Source: Rhizodiscina lignyota (Eukaryota). From it: 64,000 bases of DNA. Where the stretch lies: the NCBI GenBank assembly GCA_010015805.1, contig ML978125.1, positions 1,860,001 to 1,924,000 on the forward strand, given 5' to 3'. Under the pieces are notes generated by a model that worked only from the letters and a program-made list of their open reading frames with translations, had not been told where the DNA came from and searched no databases. Shown here one piece after another: positions 37,752-50,592 of this stretch. Position 1 is the first letter of the stretch, and every line of letters begins with the position of its first letter. A program made the translations under genes and the position numbers.

Positions 37752-39352
37752 TCAAGATGCCGAAATGAGGCCACTCAAGATGACGCAGAACCGTGCATGT
37801 ACCTCGACGAAGAAGTCGTCCCTCCCGACAATCTCCGCCAGTCCTTTCGCGCGCATCACATCCCGACTAACGCGCGGATATCCGTCCGGATCCAATTTCT
37901 TGGCGGAGAGAAAGCTGCTGACGGGAGTGATGGCCCTTGTTACAGGACTCGACGCCACGCTCGCAGACGCCGGCTTCTCCTTCTGTGGAGAAGTCATCAT
38001 GCTCGGCGGGACACCTGTAGTCGGAGTGAAGATAGGATTGGGCCCGGGTGCTGAGGAGCTGAATGTTTGTGTGGGTGTGATTGCGGATGCGGAAGAGCTT
38101 GGTCGCGACGCTGAACCCTGCGAAGACGAGGACTCGCGCTCCAGCACTGCATCTGCCATCTCGGTGATGGTGTTCGCGATCCGTTCGAACGCGCGCGTAA
38201 TCTCGACGTATCGTCTACACACCCGCCAGCTATCTCGTCCGCCAAGCGCAATCAGCGCATATGTCCTACGCCGTCCGCGAGCGCGAGGGTCTGGTAGTCG
38301 AAAGATGTACGCGATTGTGTATCCTGCGATGGGGTCGCCAAAGCATAGAGGCCCGGAGGGTGAGCCACGCGGAAGGTTCTCGGAAGAGAGTGTGCGGATA
38401 CATGAACGACGGAGAAGAGAATAAGCGTGTGGTGAGGCGGGTTGGCGCGTCGAGACGTATGTGAGACTGTGTGTGTGTGTATGAGGAGGTACTGGTGGAT
38501 GCTCTGACATCGGAGAAGAGACGGCAGACTCATTCGCGCTGGTTACGGCCGGATGATGCTCGTCAGCGGAGCCTGCTTCGGAGGGCGGCGAAGCAGTACG
38601 GTGAGGCGCAAACGGGGCCCGTTTGATGGTATTGCAGGATTCGTCCATGCTATGACTGTCGTGGTCGCTCGCATCGTCGCATTCACTCGAGCAGGGACTG
38701 CCTGGCACGAGAATGGACTGTGTGGATCGCAAGACCGGGCTTCCATGGCGACCTTTGCCATCCTGCCTCGGGCTGCCGGGTGCGCCATCGGGCAACCGCT
38801 CACTCATGTCCTTTGGCACCAAGAAGGTGCAGTTATCACAGCCGTCATCGTAGTCTGTATCCGACGAGGCAGGAGTGAAGACCCGCTCATTGTTCGACAC
38901 GCGCGGGAAGTAGGGATTGTGCCTTTCACTGGCGGAACGTGGAGAGGTTGGCGGCGACGCAAAGGGAGAGGAGAGATTCTGCTGGTCTTTGGGTGGACTC
39001 CCAGCGATGGTGGGATCCCAGTAGTCTTTGAGGGATGGCGAGGACTTGAAGAGATCTTCAGAGGTAGGCGTGCCGGTCGGATGGCACGTATTGCAGATGA
39101 CGGAGGCGAGCTGCGTGCAGAGGATGGAGGTAGGGCCGTGGATTTCGCAAAAGTGCGCGAGAGAGATCTGTTGAAATCCGTGAGTATCTGATCTTGGCGA
39201 GCTGCGTACAGGAGCGTTGGGCGACGTTGAGCGAGGGCGCATGGCACGCACATGGCATGCGTCTGCAGCATGGATGCCCAATGCGCGTGGCGATGGAAGG
39301 GGCAACGGGGCAACGGGTCGCGTGCGCTGGGAGTACTCACAATGAAATCCAT
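37752..39352 (-). CDS. LST7: Folliculin/Lst7 (longin-DENN) protein
   Basis: A 12-nt first exon (MDFI) and intron 39340-39168 give MDFIISLAHFCEIHGPTSILCTQ. Also LLRRSCIRTLSSE, FRLPDPRARGRRRTYALI and KGLAEIVGRDDFFVEVHARF. Confidence 0.88.
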
Positions 39353-40906
39353 ATCTCCTCCGCGGCAGGCTATTGGAATGGAGGACGCATGATTGTGAAG
39401 GAGTCTGCTCGGCTGCGAAATTGGGTTGCGGGGAGTGTTGCGGTGAGCGGTGTCTGCGTGAAGGCCGCGAGGGGCAGACGAGCTTTATCTGCTGTTATCG
39501 CCGCACTTGCCCTGGCGCGTTTGTCGGGACTGAGAAGTGGCGCAAGCGGCCTTCTTGTGCTCTGCTCGAGTGAAGCAGATGTGATCTCCGCACTCAGGGA
39601 GCAGTATTATTTGAGGAATTGGCCAGGTCCAGCATCGCCTCTCAGGGGCGCTCTCCCATTGTCGACTCCACGCTTACACAAGCAAATAGCGCGGGCCTGC
39701 TTTCTAATGCCCGCCGCCATTGGCCGGCTCAATTGGCTGGCGGATCCGCACTCACCGCGGCTCGCAGCCTGCACGCACTCACTGGCTGCCGCACGCGCGT
39801 GGCCAGACGTCCGCCTTCAGCGTGCGTGTATTATTGCCGCCATATCTCCAGTTCTGCACGTCCGCGAAAGGGAAAACGGTGTGCTGGTTGGCATTCCTCT
39901 GATCGCAGATCTGCGGCGGGAATGGGAGATGGCACGTCAGGCCCTCTTTAGCCGAAACCCAGCATGCGGCGACCTCAGGGAAGCTTCGACGCGCGCTGCA
40001 CGTCGATCTGCGCCTGGAGCGTGAGTCTCGTGGCCAGTCTCTCGTGCTCGCGCATGCTGCTGTGTAGCACCGTTTCGTACCACCGCTGGCGACGCTTGTG
40101 ATACTGGAGGCTTGAGCACGGTAACGGCCCAATTGTGACTGCTCTCATTGTCGTTCATGTCAAGAGAATGCGGATGGCTGGACGTGGAGCACGCGAGAAT
40201 GGCATGGCTTGTCGTCGGAGACATCCATGTTGCGAAAGAGCAGATCATCACGATCGACATCTGGGAGACTGGGACGAGAATAGATCGCGGAGCCGCGATC
40301 GGTGATGGGATGGGTCACGCGTGGCACACTGTGGACTCCTTCCTCTGCTCCTTGGGGAAGGACTCCTCTTCGCATTTCCAATTGAAGCAAGAGAGGACGT
40401 GTTGGGCTCGTTCTCGCTTTGAATATTCTACTGGAAGAGTCGTACGTAGCAACGTTAAGGTAGGGTTCGGAATATGCTATAACCTTCAATTGCTTGGTGT
40501 ATCTAAGGTTACAGTTAATATTACCAATACTATAACTGGTTCGACGAACACTTCGAACAAGAGGAATCACCTCTTCCGCATATCATGAAAAAGAATGAAG
40601 CTACATCCTGCAGAGCTGGATATCGACTAGAGGATATGGGCGAGGCAGATGCGTTCAGCAGGTCGAATGGGGATGGGAGTGGTCCACTACTAAATGAGGA
40701 GAATGTGAGCGATCCACTGAGCGAGACGTGAGCGGTCGATCGGACGAGCAACTAAGGGGGAGCAGCTCTTACATGTCAAGGTAGGCGAGACCATCTCTGA
40801 AAGTTCGGTTGTATATTCTTTGGAGTGCACTAAACAATAACGAACTTGTGGAAAATCTGTACACTTTATTAATCGTAGAGCATATACACTTTTGCTATTC
40901 AGCTTT

Positions 40907-41856
40907 CTATCGTCCTTTAAAGACAGGCTTTCTCTTCTCCCTAAATGCTAGCAGCGCCTCATCTCTATCTTGAGTCTTCACCACACCTTCATATGCCCTA
41001 TTCTCCGCCGCCTCACCTTCCTCCCATCCGTTCACCGCCTTCAATGCCTGCCGTATCGCGATGGGACCGCCCTCGCATATCTCCCTCGCCACCTGCACCG
41101 TAATCTCCAGCACCTTCTCTCTTGCCTCTTTCGTCCCTGCTTCCTCGGGCTGGCATTCAACCAGCCTGTCCGCAATGCCGAGAAAATACGCTTCTGGGCC
41201 AGTAACACGCCGTCCGGTGAGAATGAGGTCACGAGCACGAGGGAGGCCGATGAGAGCAGGGAGGCGGTAGGTGCCACCAGCGCCGGGTAGGATAGCAAGG
41301 CGAGTCTCGGGCAGTGCAACGATAGCAGTCGACGCGAAGACGCGGAGATGCGTGGTGAGCGCGAGTTCGAGGCCGCCGCCAAACGCCAGCGAGGAGACTG
41401 CGGAGATGGTTGGGATGGGAAGTTTAGCTATCGACGTAAAAGTCGATCGCAGGTTCGCGAGAAACCGAGCAGTACTGCCACCCTATGAGCATGAAATAAA
41501 GCGTTTAGACTCAAGAAGACGAACTCTTCCTGCGTGAACGTGGCGCGCTCTTTCAGGTCTGCCCCGGCGCAAAACGATGCGTCGACCTCGCTGGCCAAAA
41601 CGAGCGCGCGTGTTGAGCCCATCTCGCCTTCATCATGTATGCTTTGGATTTCATGGCCCAGTTCGGCCATCAATTGGCGGGAGAGGGCATTCCGAGCGGC
41701 GGGACGATCGAGGGAGAGGATCTTGATGCTGCCGCTGTGCGGAGCAGGTACACTCGTTATTTTAATGCATGGTGGTGCAGTGGAGTAGGCTTTCCGCCGG
41801 ATGGTGGAGAGACACGTTTGTCGTAAGGCAAATGCGGTCGAGGGTGATAATCTCAT
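40907..41856 (-). CDS. Mitochondrial enoyl-CoA hydratase/isomerase (methylglutaconyl-CoA hydratase, AUH-like)
   Basis: Presequence-like N-terminus, LDRPAARNALS, FCAGADLKER, AFGGGLELAL, LPETRLAILPGAGGT and AFREKRKPVFKGR. One intron. Confidence 0.88.
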
Positions 41857-42374
41857 ATTGAGGTGCAGGTTGCGTTACGAGCATTGAGAATGCCCCATGT
41901 CTGTTTCCCCAGAGCTTGGCAGGGCAGGGATCAGCTCCGTTGCTTAAACCGAGTTCAACCGAGTTCACTGAAGGTACCACAGGCAACACATTCAGAAGTG
42001 AAGATGTAAATTTTGAATTCGACTTGGCCTGATTCAATGCTGTTTTCAACTGTCTTTCCGTCTTCAGGTAATCACCCCATCTCCAACGTATGTCCACTAG
42101 CCAGTCATTTCAATTCTGAGTCGGAGTTTTTAAGATTTCATTATAGCAGCAGTCCATGTGCATCTATCGATACTCTAAGCTCACCTTGGAGGATGTACAG
42201 GCGATATGCAAATAGAATATTCTGTTACACCCCAGCAAAGACCGTTGCGACTGAACGAAGCAGTTGCTAACTGTCAATTACCGCTACTATATTGCTTGTA
42301 GTAAGTTCTATATCACGCCGCGAGTACGAGATAATCGATACGGGTTTGTACGTCAAGGTTTGCAGCTTCGACTA

Positions 42375-42651
42375 CTGGAAAGAATGGAAGAATATACGAT
42401 TTAGTGATAAGGTACACTTTGGCAGAGGGCTAAAGGGTAAGATATATATTATAAGACGACTAGGCATAAGGCTTTACCAGGAGCATATCAAAGAGCAGCG
42501 TGAACCTCTAACTGAATAGGATAAGAATAAGAAGCGCTTGTATACTTAGGCCATAATTGGCTGGAACTACAAGATCAATCTCACCTGGTATAATGTATAA
42601 TCAAATGAGAACAGTAAGAAGACACAGCTTATATATACTTAAGTGATACTA
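42375..42651 (+). pseudogene. RIP-degraded Tc1/mariner DDE transposase fragment
   Basis: One frame reads WKEWKNIRFSDKVHFGRGLKGKIYIIRRLG...E*DKNKKRLYT*AIIGWNYK...YNV*SNENSKKTQLIYT*VIL. This resembles the fungal Tc1 pattern W..VRFSDEVHFG...KRLH.WA.IGWN.K...NGKMTQ.VY...IL. Confidence 0.78.
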
Positions 42652-43628
42652 CCGAAGATGCTGGCGGCTATAGAGGACCTGGGCGCATGACTCCGAAAAG
42701 CCACTCTTGCTCGCTGCAATGGACTGGTGCACCTGTGCACGGAATATTGAAGGTGTCAAGGCAGACGTATCTGCATCCAATTCTGTAACGCACGATATGA
42801 ATCGGCAAAAAATAAGAAGGACAGGCGCGTTGAGGACACATCAAGCGAGTCGGACAATCACGATGAAAAGGTGATGACTGGTGACTCACTCAAGATGACC
42901 CAGGTAGGTATCCTGTCTCATAGACTTGACGTTTGCCGTCCCCGAGTCGGTTCTTCCCAGCAATTCCGAACTCGATCGGCATAAATGAATGCCGTCTGTC
43001 GGGGATTACCTGCCGAGCTACCCACGCCGCCAAACCCAAGCAAGTCCTCATTGCGAACCGACTTGGGCACGGGAGTCGCTTAGAAAAGTACCCCAGACCT
43101 CGGAAACGTTTGGAAGTGCAGGACGTGTGGATGCGAAAATCCGAACAGATGGGAGCCTCACGTGACTGCGAGTTCTCACATAATCAAGCTGTCATCACGC
43201 AGCTTTGGGCGTTGAGTATTAGCGTTCTAAACGCCGATAGGCAGCCAATTTCGACGACGCTGACTGTCCATCCTGCAGTTCAAGACTCAATTGCTTGAAA
43301 ATTTGAGGCTCCTTTTAACACTGTTATATCCTGAGACGTTGTTCTAGCAGCTGCATGGGATGCTTGTCGAACCACTGTTTGATCAGGAATGCTCTCTCAT
43401 CTTGACCGTGCATGAGCGAGACGCCTGCTCCAAATCTGGGTCGTATTTTAACAATATCTCATCACTCCATTGCAGGCATTAGAGCGAACTTTCAGTGTCA
43501 TACGTCGATTCAAATACGTTTGTCGAGCAGTCGAATCGGGACCAGTCCAAACCAGGCGGCAACTTCACCGTTTATATGAATCGTGGCTTACGCCCGTAAC
43601 TCCTCGCAAGCAGACTTCACGGACGACT

Positions 43629-46518
43629 ATGGATGTGCCACCGCACGCATCGTCCTCCTCGCCTGAGGCCCAGGTCGCGCCGAATCCTGGGCCATCAAAT
43701 GAGAAGCGAGCATCACGAAGCGCAAAGGCTAGCGACAAGATCCGGAGAAGAAACCGGACGATCAACTCATGTCTAGAGTGCAGGCGGAGGAAGCTCAAGT
43801 GCGACAAAAATCTCCCATGCGCCAGCTGCTCCAAATTCGGTCGAGAATGCCGGTACCTGCAGGGCGGATCCGAGAATCCAGAAGCAGCACGGGAGATTGC
43901 CCAACTGAAGGAGCAACTCGCCGGATTAGAGCGAAGTTTCGAGGAGAGAGTCGCCGGAGCTTCCAAAGCAGACAGGTTACGGTCAATAGGCGGCTCTTCA
44001 CTACATGGCCTTGATGATGATGATACCTCAGACGACGATGAGGATCCCTTGGACGATGAGAAGGACCTGGAACCGACGCCTCTTGCTGTCATGGACGCTG
44101 CGTACTATGATGATGCCGATGACGACCTCATGGATCTTGGCGTGCGTTTTGGAAAGTTCCGTGTGACTGAGCGAATCGGCGGTTTCGTCCGTCCGAAATT
44201 GCTAGAAGAGGTACTCGACGCACAGCTCTCCGCCGAACGTACAAATTGATTTAACGGACTGACAGATTGTTCAGCTAAAACACTACATCCTAGAGACTCC
44301 TTCGACTAATGGTCCCCAAGACCCAAGCTCACCAGAAGCGATCGCAGAGAATCGGATTCTAACGGAGGATGACTATTTGGGCCCGTCAACACAATATGTT
44401 GCTCCTTCATCCAACTTTGTGTTTGGAGGAGAACCCACTACTTGGACTCTTGACCATTTCCTCTTCGAAAAGCCCGCCTCGGACCGATTAATTGAACAGT
44501 ACTTCGATGCCGTCCACCCAATGTGCCGTGTTGTCCACAGGCCAAGCTTTGAACGACAATATGAACGCTTCTGGAAGAATCGCTATGTTTCAACAGGTAC
44601 TAGTGTTCCGGCTCCCTCCTTTGTGGCTGTCATGATGGCTGCTATGCTGTCAGCGGTTGTGAGTATGTCGGAGGAGCAAGTCAACGAATTTGCCCCCGGT
44701 CAAACGCAGGCGAATCTCATCGATCATTTCCGAAGAGGCACAGAGTTTGCACTCTCCAGGGCCAACTTTCTACGAACGACAAAACTCGAGACCTTACAGG
44801 CATTTGTCATGTATTTGGTGAGATAGAAATCTGGCATCTTAACCCAGCTGCTCTATTGCTAACGAAACACAGATACCGCTCTGCCGCGCGGAAGTCTCTC
44901 GGGCCCATTCAGCTCTTACAGGTACTGCTATTCGCTTAGCAGAATGCATGAGCTTACATCGCGATGGTTCGCACTATGATCTCAGTCCAGTTGAGATCCA
45001 TGTGCGCCGGATGGTCTGGTATCAACTCTGCTTCCTTGATCTCAGAACATGTGAAGCAACAGGGCCGCGACCCCAAATTCGTGCCGAAGACTTTGATACG
45101 AAATATCCGCTCAACGTAGACGACAAAGATCTGGAGAGCCCACATCCACCCATCGAGGACGCCGAAAGATGGACGGACATGACCTTCTCGCGGATTCGTT
45201 TCGAATGTAACGAGATGCACAGGCTGATATGGCATGAACGACCTCGGGTAGAAGCAAAGAAGTCCACACTCACTGCCCTGCTGGGAAAAGTGAAGCAGTT
45301 CTGGGGAGCGACAGAAAAGAAATATCTGCCGATGATTGACGAAAAGATTCCACTGCAGTTCATGACACTACTCACATACAGGGCGCTGACATACAAGATG
45401 AACATCATGATCCTGCACAGATACTGCAGCAATGCAGACCGCATCATGCCCGAGCGGCTACGCCAGGTCTTACTCAGTAGTGGTCTTGCACAGCTGGAGC
45501 ATGCCATTGCAATTGAAACGCAAGAAACGACGAAGAAGTGGGCTTGGTATTCTGGGGCCTTCCAGCAGTATCACACTGCTCTTCTCGTCCTTGGCGAAAT
45601 ATATTCCGCCCAAAATCACTACCCACATCGAGATCGTGTGTGGTTATGCATAGACTATGTTTTCGAACTACCAAATGCCATGAATACAGGCCACAAGGCA
45701 CGGATTATTCTCTCTGAACTCAAGCGCCGAATGGAGATGTACCAGCGACATCGGAAAGTCAGAGCACCAGCTGTCATGGAAGGCAGGGCGGGTCCGAGAC
45801 CCGTACCTTCGATACTAGAGCAGAAGAATGCAGAAAGGCATGGTCGCATTTTACCCGGTGGCTATGTCCTCAGCAGTGGTTCGGTAGACATCACTGCGGA
45901 AAGACATGACTCGGCATCTCAATCTCCTCCTTCGGCACCACCGTCAGACGTCCAGTTCGGTACGTCTCCTCCCATCACGACCGGCCCGCCTACCACCGCT
46001 GCATCGAGTACATCAGCTCCGGCAGAATACAAAGCGCAAATGTCGACCAGACCTAGTCTTGTCAATGATGCCATGTTCGCATTTCCACCGGCCCCTTGGC
46101 GACGACAACTGTCGAATGGACCACAGATGTACGCATCTCCTGGCTCCGCAAGCGATTCGAGCGGACCCGTGAGTATAGGAACCGTAGCAGCCAATGCCAA
46201 CATCAATATGGATTTGACGGGACTGGCGCAGGCGGCCGCTGTTTCGGGACAAGCTTCTGGAGTAGGAACGGGAGGGCTGACAGAATCAAGGCCGGAGGGA
46301 ATGGACAATATGGATATTGACTGGGTGAGTTCTCTTCACACACTTTCAGTGACTTTAATGCGAGAGGCGAAGTGTGCAGCGTGCTGATTTTGGTGCAGGA
46401 TGAGATGAATAGACTATTCCCGGCGTCGGAGTGGGAGACGAGCAGTTTCCCTTTGTCGAATATGGGCTTCGACAATCTCGGCAATTACCAAGGCATGGGC
46501 GATATGGGTTTTCAATGA
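43629..46518 (+). CDS. Zn2Cys6 transcription factor with fungal-specific TF domain
   Basis: SCLECRRRKLKCDKNLPCASCSKFGRECRY, YFDAVHPMCRVVHRPSFE and LHRDGSHY...EIHVRRMVWYQLCFLD. Introns at ~44211-44265, 44818-44872 and 46325-46398. Confidence 0.92.
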
Positions 46519-46759
46519 AGCGTGCAAGGTGTCTAGGGAGCGGTTGTCAATGGATAGGATTGGAATAAGAGGCACGCGGACACGAATATATGGAACGCTT
46601 CGATACGGGATAACCAGTGTTTCTGTTGGATGCCTTTGATTTTTGGATTCACAACGCTCTCATGAGGCGTGACGCAGAAAAGGGTACTTGTAAGGTATCT
46701 AGACTGATGCGGCGCAACCCAACTCCGCCAAGAGCCCTAGCTCTAATGCAAAAGAATTT

Positions 46760-47912
46760 TTATATGTATTTTCGTTCCGGATCTAATTCGTCCATGAGTT
46801 CCATCGTCTTCTCATACATCGTGAACACAATTCCACCACTGAATATCAGTCGTGCCAATCGCGGGACAGCGCCGCTCCAGAATGTGAGTATCCCCTCTTC
46901 CCTGAATATCCTTACCGCGCAATTGAAGCTGTTCTTGTATTGACTCCTCGCTTCTATACTCTGCATGCGCGTCTTGACCGTGTCCAATGGCATCGTCGTA
47001 TACACCGTAATTGTGCCTGCGATGCCTCCGAGCGCAAACGTGCTGAGCGCTCCGAGCTTCTCTCCCGGTGCAACGTACGACATGGCGAACTGCTTTAGCG
47101 TTGTATAACTGCCAAATCGCACCGCACTATTCGCCGCCTGCCGCGCCGTGGTTGGTACGAAGCCCTGGAAGAAGCCTCGGACGCCTTTCTCCCGCCATAT
47201 TACGCCCGAACCGTGCAGGAAGCCGCGCATGCGCGGCTTAGCCAATTTGCGGTCATCGATGAGCTGCGTCTTTATAGATTCGAAGGGTGTCACGGCGAGT
47301 AGCGATTCAGTGAAGCCGGCACCGAAACCGGCGATTACGTTGCCGGGTCCGGTGACGTTGCCAGAGGCGTCGGCGAAGATACGGGAGCGAGAAAGTAGGG
47401 TCTTGTAGGAGTCAAAGGATACGAATCCTGTGGGGTGAATTGGCGTTAGCGAATGGAGTCCCGGTCGAGTGGATGGCAAGAGAAGTGCAACGTACTAATT
47501 CCAGCTTTTAGGGAGTTGCCTATTATCAGAGTTGTGCAGCCTGCATACCATTGTGCTCCGAATGGTGGCCATGGGAGCTTCTTCCCATCAGGTAGATGTC
47601 TGTTTAACTGTGTGCGGGTCTTGGCGACTTGAAGCCATGCCGGTTAGCGGGGAAGTGGAGTGGGCAACGAAGATATCGAGGACATACATTCAGCGGGGTA
47701 TGTTATCGCTGGAGGATGTGTTAGCAGACTGGCCTATATAGATAGTGGTCGTGTGGGGAATACCAATTTCTACAGCTCCAGCAAAGGAGCCTGCAATGAT
47801 CGAGCGCAAAGCACTAGGCTGTAAAGGTCCAATTGTATCAGTCTAAGCTAGCTGAAGCTCGAAGAGTTAGGCGATATACCTTTGGCTTCTTCTTTTCGTC
47901 TGAATTCGACAT
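46760..47912 (-). CDS. CTP1: Mitochondrial citrate/tricarboxylate carrier
   Basis: Three carrier signatures: TYPAEFAKTRTQL (split over small exons), TPFESIKTQL and MPLDTVKTRMQ. Also TTARQAANSAVRF. Four 5' introns. Confidence 0.88.
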
Positions 47913-48296
47913 TGTGGTTGAGTTTTCAAAATTCGGACGCGTGTGGCGCGAACGCCAAAGAAATCCACTCGACGTCTGGCGGAGTACGCTCGCAATCAAC
48001 GCAGCATCTCGACTGAGGCTACCACAATTCGAACTCGATCTGCAACGGTGTAATTCAGCAAGATCCGTGATAGTTATAATTCTTCATTCCGTAGGTACAT
48101 CCATGACGCTGCGGAGGCTGTGAAGCCGCGGAGCACGCGCGACTGAGTCATGCAAGCTTCAATTACACGTGACAGCGCTGCTGCTTGGTCCAAGCTTCTC
48201 AGCCAGCCCGATTTTTCGTTTTGGTTTCATCATCGCTGGCGAATATGTAGAGCTGTCGTGTCAAACATTTTCTTATCTCCTAACGCCCAAGTGAAG

Positions 48297-49391
48297 ATGC
48301 TGTCTCTACGCTCCATCGCGAGGTCCGCGCCTCGAACAACCTCGCGTCTCGCCATCCAATCTGCTCGTCCGAGCATCTCAGCCTTCAGAAACACGGCGCG
48401 CTTGCAAGCGAAATGGACACCATTCCTCAGAGTCGCGGCAGCGCCATTCTCAACATCCATGAGAAGGTTTGACGGTACGTCCAAGAACACTTCTTCCCAT
48501 TTCATGTAGCATGGCTGACAGCATTTAGGCAACGAGGAGCTCATCGCCAAGCTCGACTCTGAAATCAAGGTCGAACAAGATATTGGCGACCCGGAGACGT
48601 ACAGAGGAAATGTGCGAGAGTTTATCGAGAATGGCCCCTGGGAGCTGCAGGATGAGCAAGGCAGCCAAGAAGTCAAGCTTTCTCGAACGTACAACGACGA
48701 GAAAATCGAAATCTCCTTTTCGGTCGCAGATATCGCATCCATCGAGCCATCAAGCGGTATGAACGACCCTGATGCGGCCTATGACGACGCGGAATACGAC
48801 AATGAGCCGGAAGTTTCAGCTCAGTCTGGTGGAGCGAATACGAAGGGATCGGTGAATCAAGGCAGGACGTCTGGAGGCAACGTACGCGTCGCCCCTGAAG
48901 ACCGCGTAGCACCTGCGGACAGACCCGAGCTGGATGATGAGGAGGGAGACTATGGAGAGGGAGAGCAGCAGCCAGGTGCATCGTTCCCCGTGCGGTTGCT
49001 CATCAAGATCACCAAAGACTCACAGCCCGGCGCGATGGAGATTGAGGCCATTGCACAGGACGGTGAAATGATGATCGAGAGTGTGTTTTTCTATCCCCAG
49101 CCGGATCTGGCGGATCCACAGACTGCCGAGGGAGAGTTCAAGAGGAGGATGGTATATGCCGGCCCACGATATGATAATCTCGACGTCGAGCTGCAAGACC
49201 TAATGGACCAATTCTTGCGGGACAGGAACATTGATACCGAGTTGAGCTTGTGGCTACCGGATTTCGTCGACTATAAGGAGCAGAAGGAGTACGTGGGCTG
49301 GTTGCATAGTAAGTTGAATCCGTACCCCGTGTAATTGTTCCATTGTTCGCATCTAACACGCTTTACAGATGTGAAGAATTTCCTCTCATGA
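48297..49391 (+). CDS. MAM33: Mitochondrial acidic matrix protein Mam33 (C1QBP/p32 family)
   Basis: Arg-rich presequence, WELQDEQGSQEVKLSRTYNDEKIEISFSVAD, YAGPRYDNLDVELQ and DYKEQKEYVGWL|NVKNF. Two introns. Confidence 0.9.
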
Positions 49392-49769
49392 TGAAAGATT
49401 GAATGTGGACCACATTCGTTTCCGCCCCCTTTGTACGGCTGGAGCTACGGTTTCACTTCGTTTTTGTAGTCTTTGATATCCACTCTTCTCTCTTAGTCCG
49501 GCGTATCTAGACATCGGCGAGCAACTCGCCGCGAAATCCTGTAATATATCAACACACGCGAATCTGTCCTCGAGTGTGCTCGAGCAAAATTGACAAGTTT
49601 CTGTACGCAGTTACTTCTTGCCTTTCTGGCATTCCACCCTGTTATGTCTGCACTGGTCCATGACGTGAGTGGCTTTCGCTTCTAAATACCAAACAAGCAT
49701 TTCCGAGAGCTCTCCGTGAGAAGTCCATGCAATGGTGCGAAGATATTCCATCCACCTTTTCCGTTCGCT

Positions 49770-50592
49770 TCAGCCTTTGCCTGGGGGCCACGCAGCCTCT
49801 TTGACCTTCCCGTCTCCGTCAATCCTAAGAAACTTCATTTGGCCTAGCGGAACCCATTCACCGTTCCAGCCTCGAAGCTTTTCTACAGTCTCTGCGTCCT
49901 GCAGATCTGGCGCCCAAAATCCTGACGTCAGTTCCTTCTCTTCCAGCACTTTCTGGTGCCTGAGCTGCGTTTCGCGATTACTAGGCGGTCGGCCCTGTCG
50001 TCTGGATGCTGCGAGTTCCTCAAGCTCTGCATCGTTGCGACTTAGATACGCGCGGACCACGTCGAGGATATGGGTGGGTTCGAGAGATGGGGCGGAGGGA
50101 AGCTGCCCGAGACATTTTTGGATGTAAGCAGTTCGCTGCACTATTGAAGACGTTAGTTCGTACTCAAATGATATATGAAATCAACCCTGGGTATTTTTTG
50201 CGAAAATATGTCTAAACTAAGTCAATGACGTCCGTATTCATGACGCTGACGGATTTTTTTTTTTCAAGTTGGAACCGGTGATTCAGGTAGCTTCAGCTCC
50301 GACATCAACCATAACTCTACGACGGCTCGAGGATAACCACGCCTTCTCACCGCCCAGCCTCATTGACAAGGTGATCTTGAACTGTTGACAATACAGCCAT
50401 GCACAAAATTTGCTTACAGTGCGATTGGAATCCCTTCTCTTTCTCAGCCTTCACTCTCACGATTTTGGCATCGCGCGCACTGGCTCGTTGCAAGCGCTGC
50501 GCATCGCGACTGTTCTGGTGTAGTGCGGTAAGTCTGCCGCCGCGCTTTTTGGATATCTGCTTATGCACCTTGTGGAGTGATTTTGACGGCAT
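49770..50592 (-). CDS. TMA16: Translation machinery-associated protein 16
   Basis: LHQNSRDAQRLQRASARD, a single intron 50417-50141, then RRQGRPPSNRE...ELTSGFWAPDL...LRGWNG. Confidence 0.85.

Noticed and set aside
39194..40751. 276-aa plus-strand ORF and neighbouring ORFs upstream of LST7
   Set aside because: GC-rich promoter or antisense sequence with Arg/Ala-biased translations and non-ATG starts.
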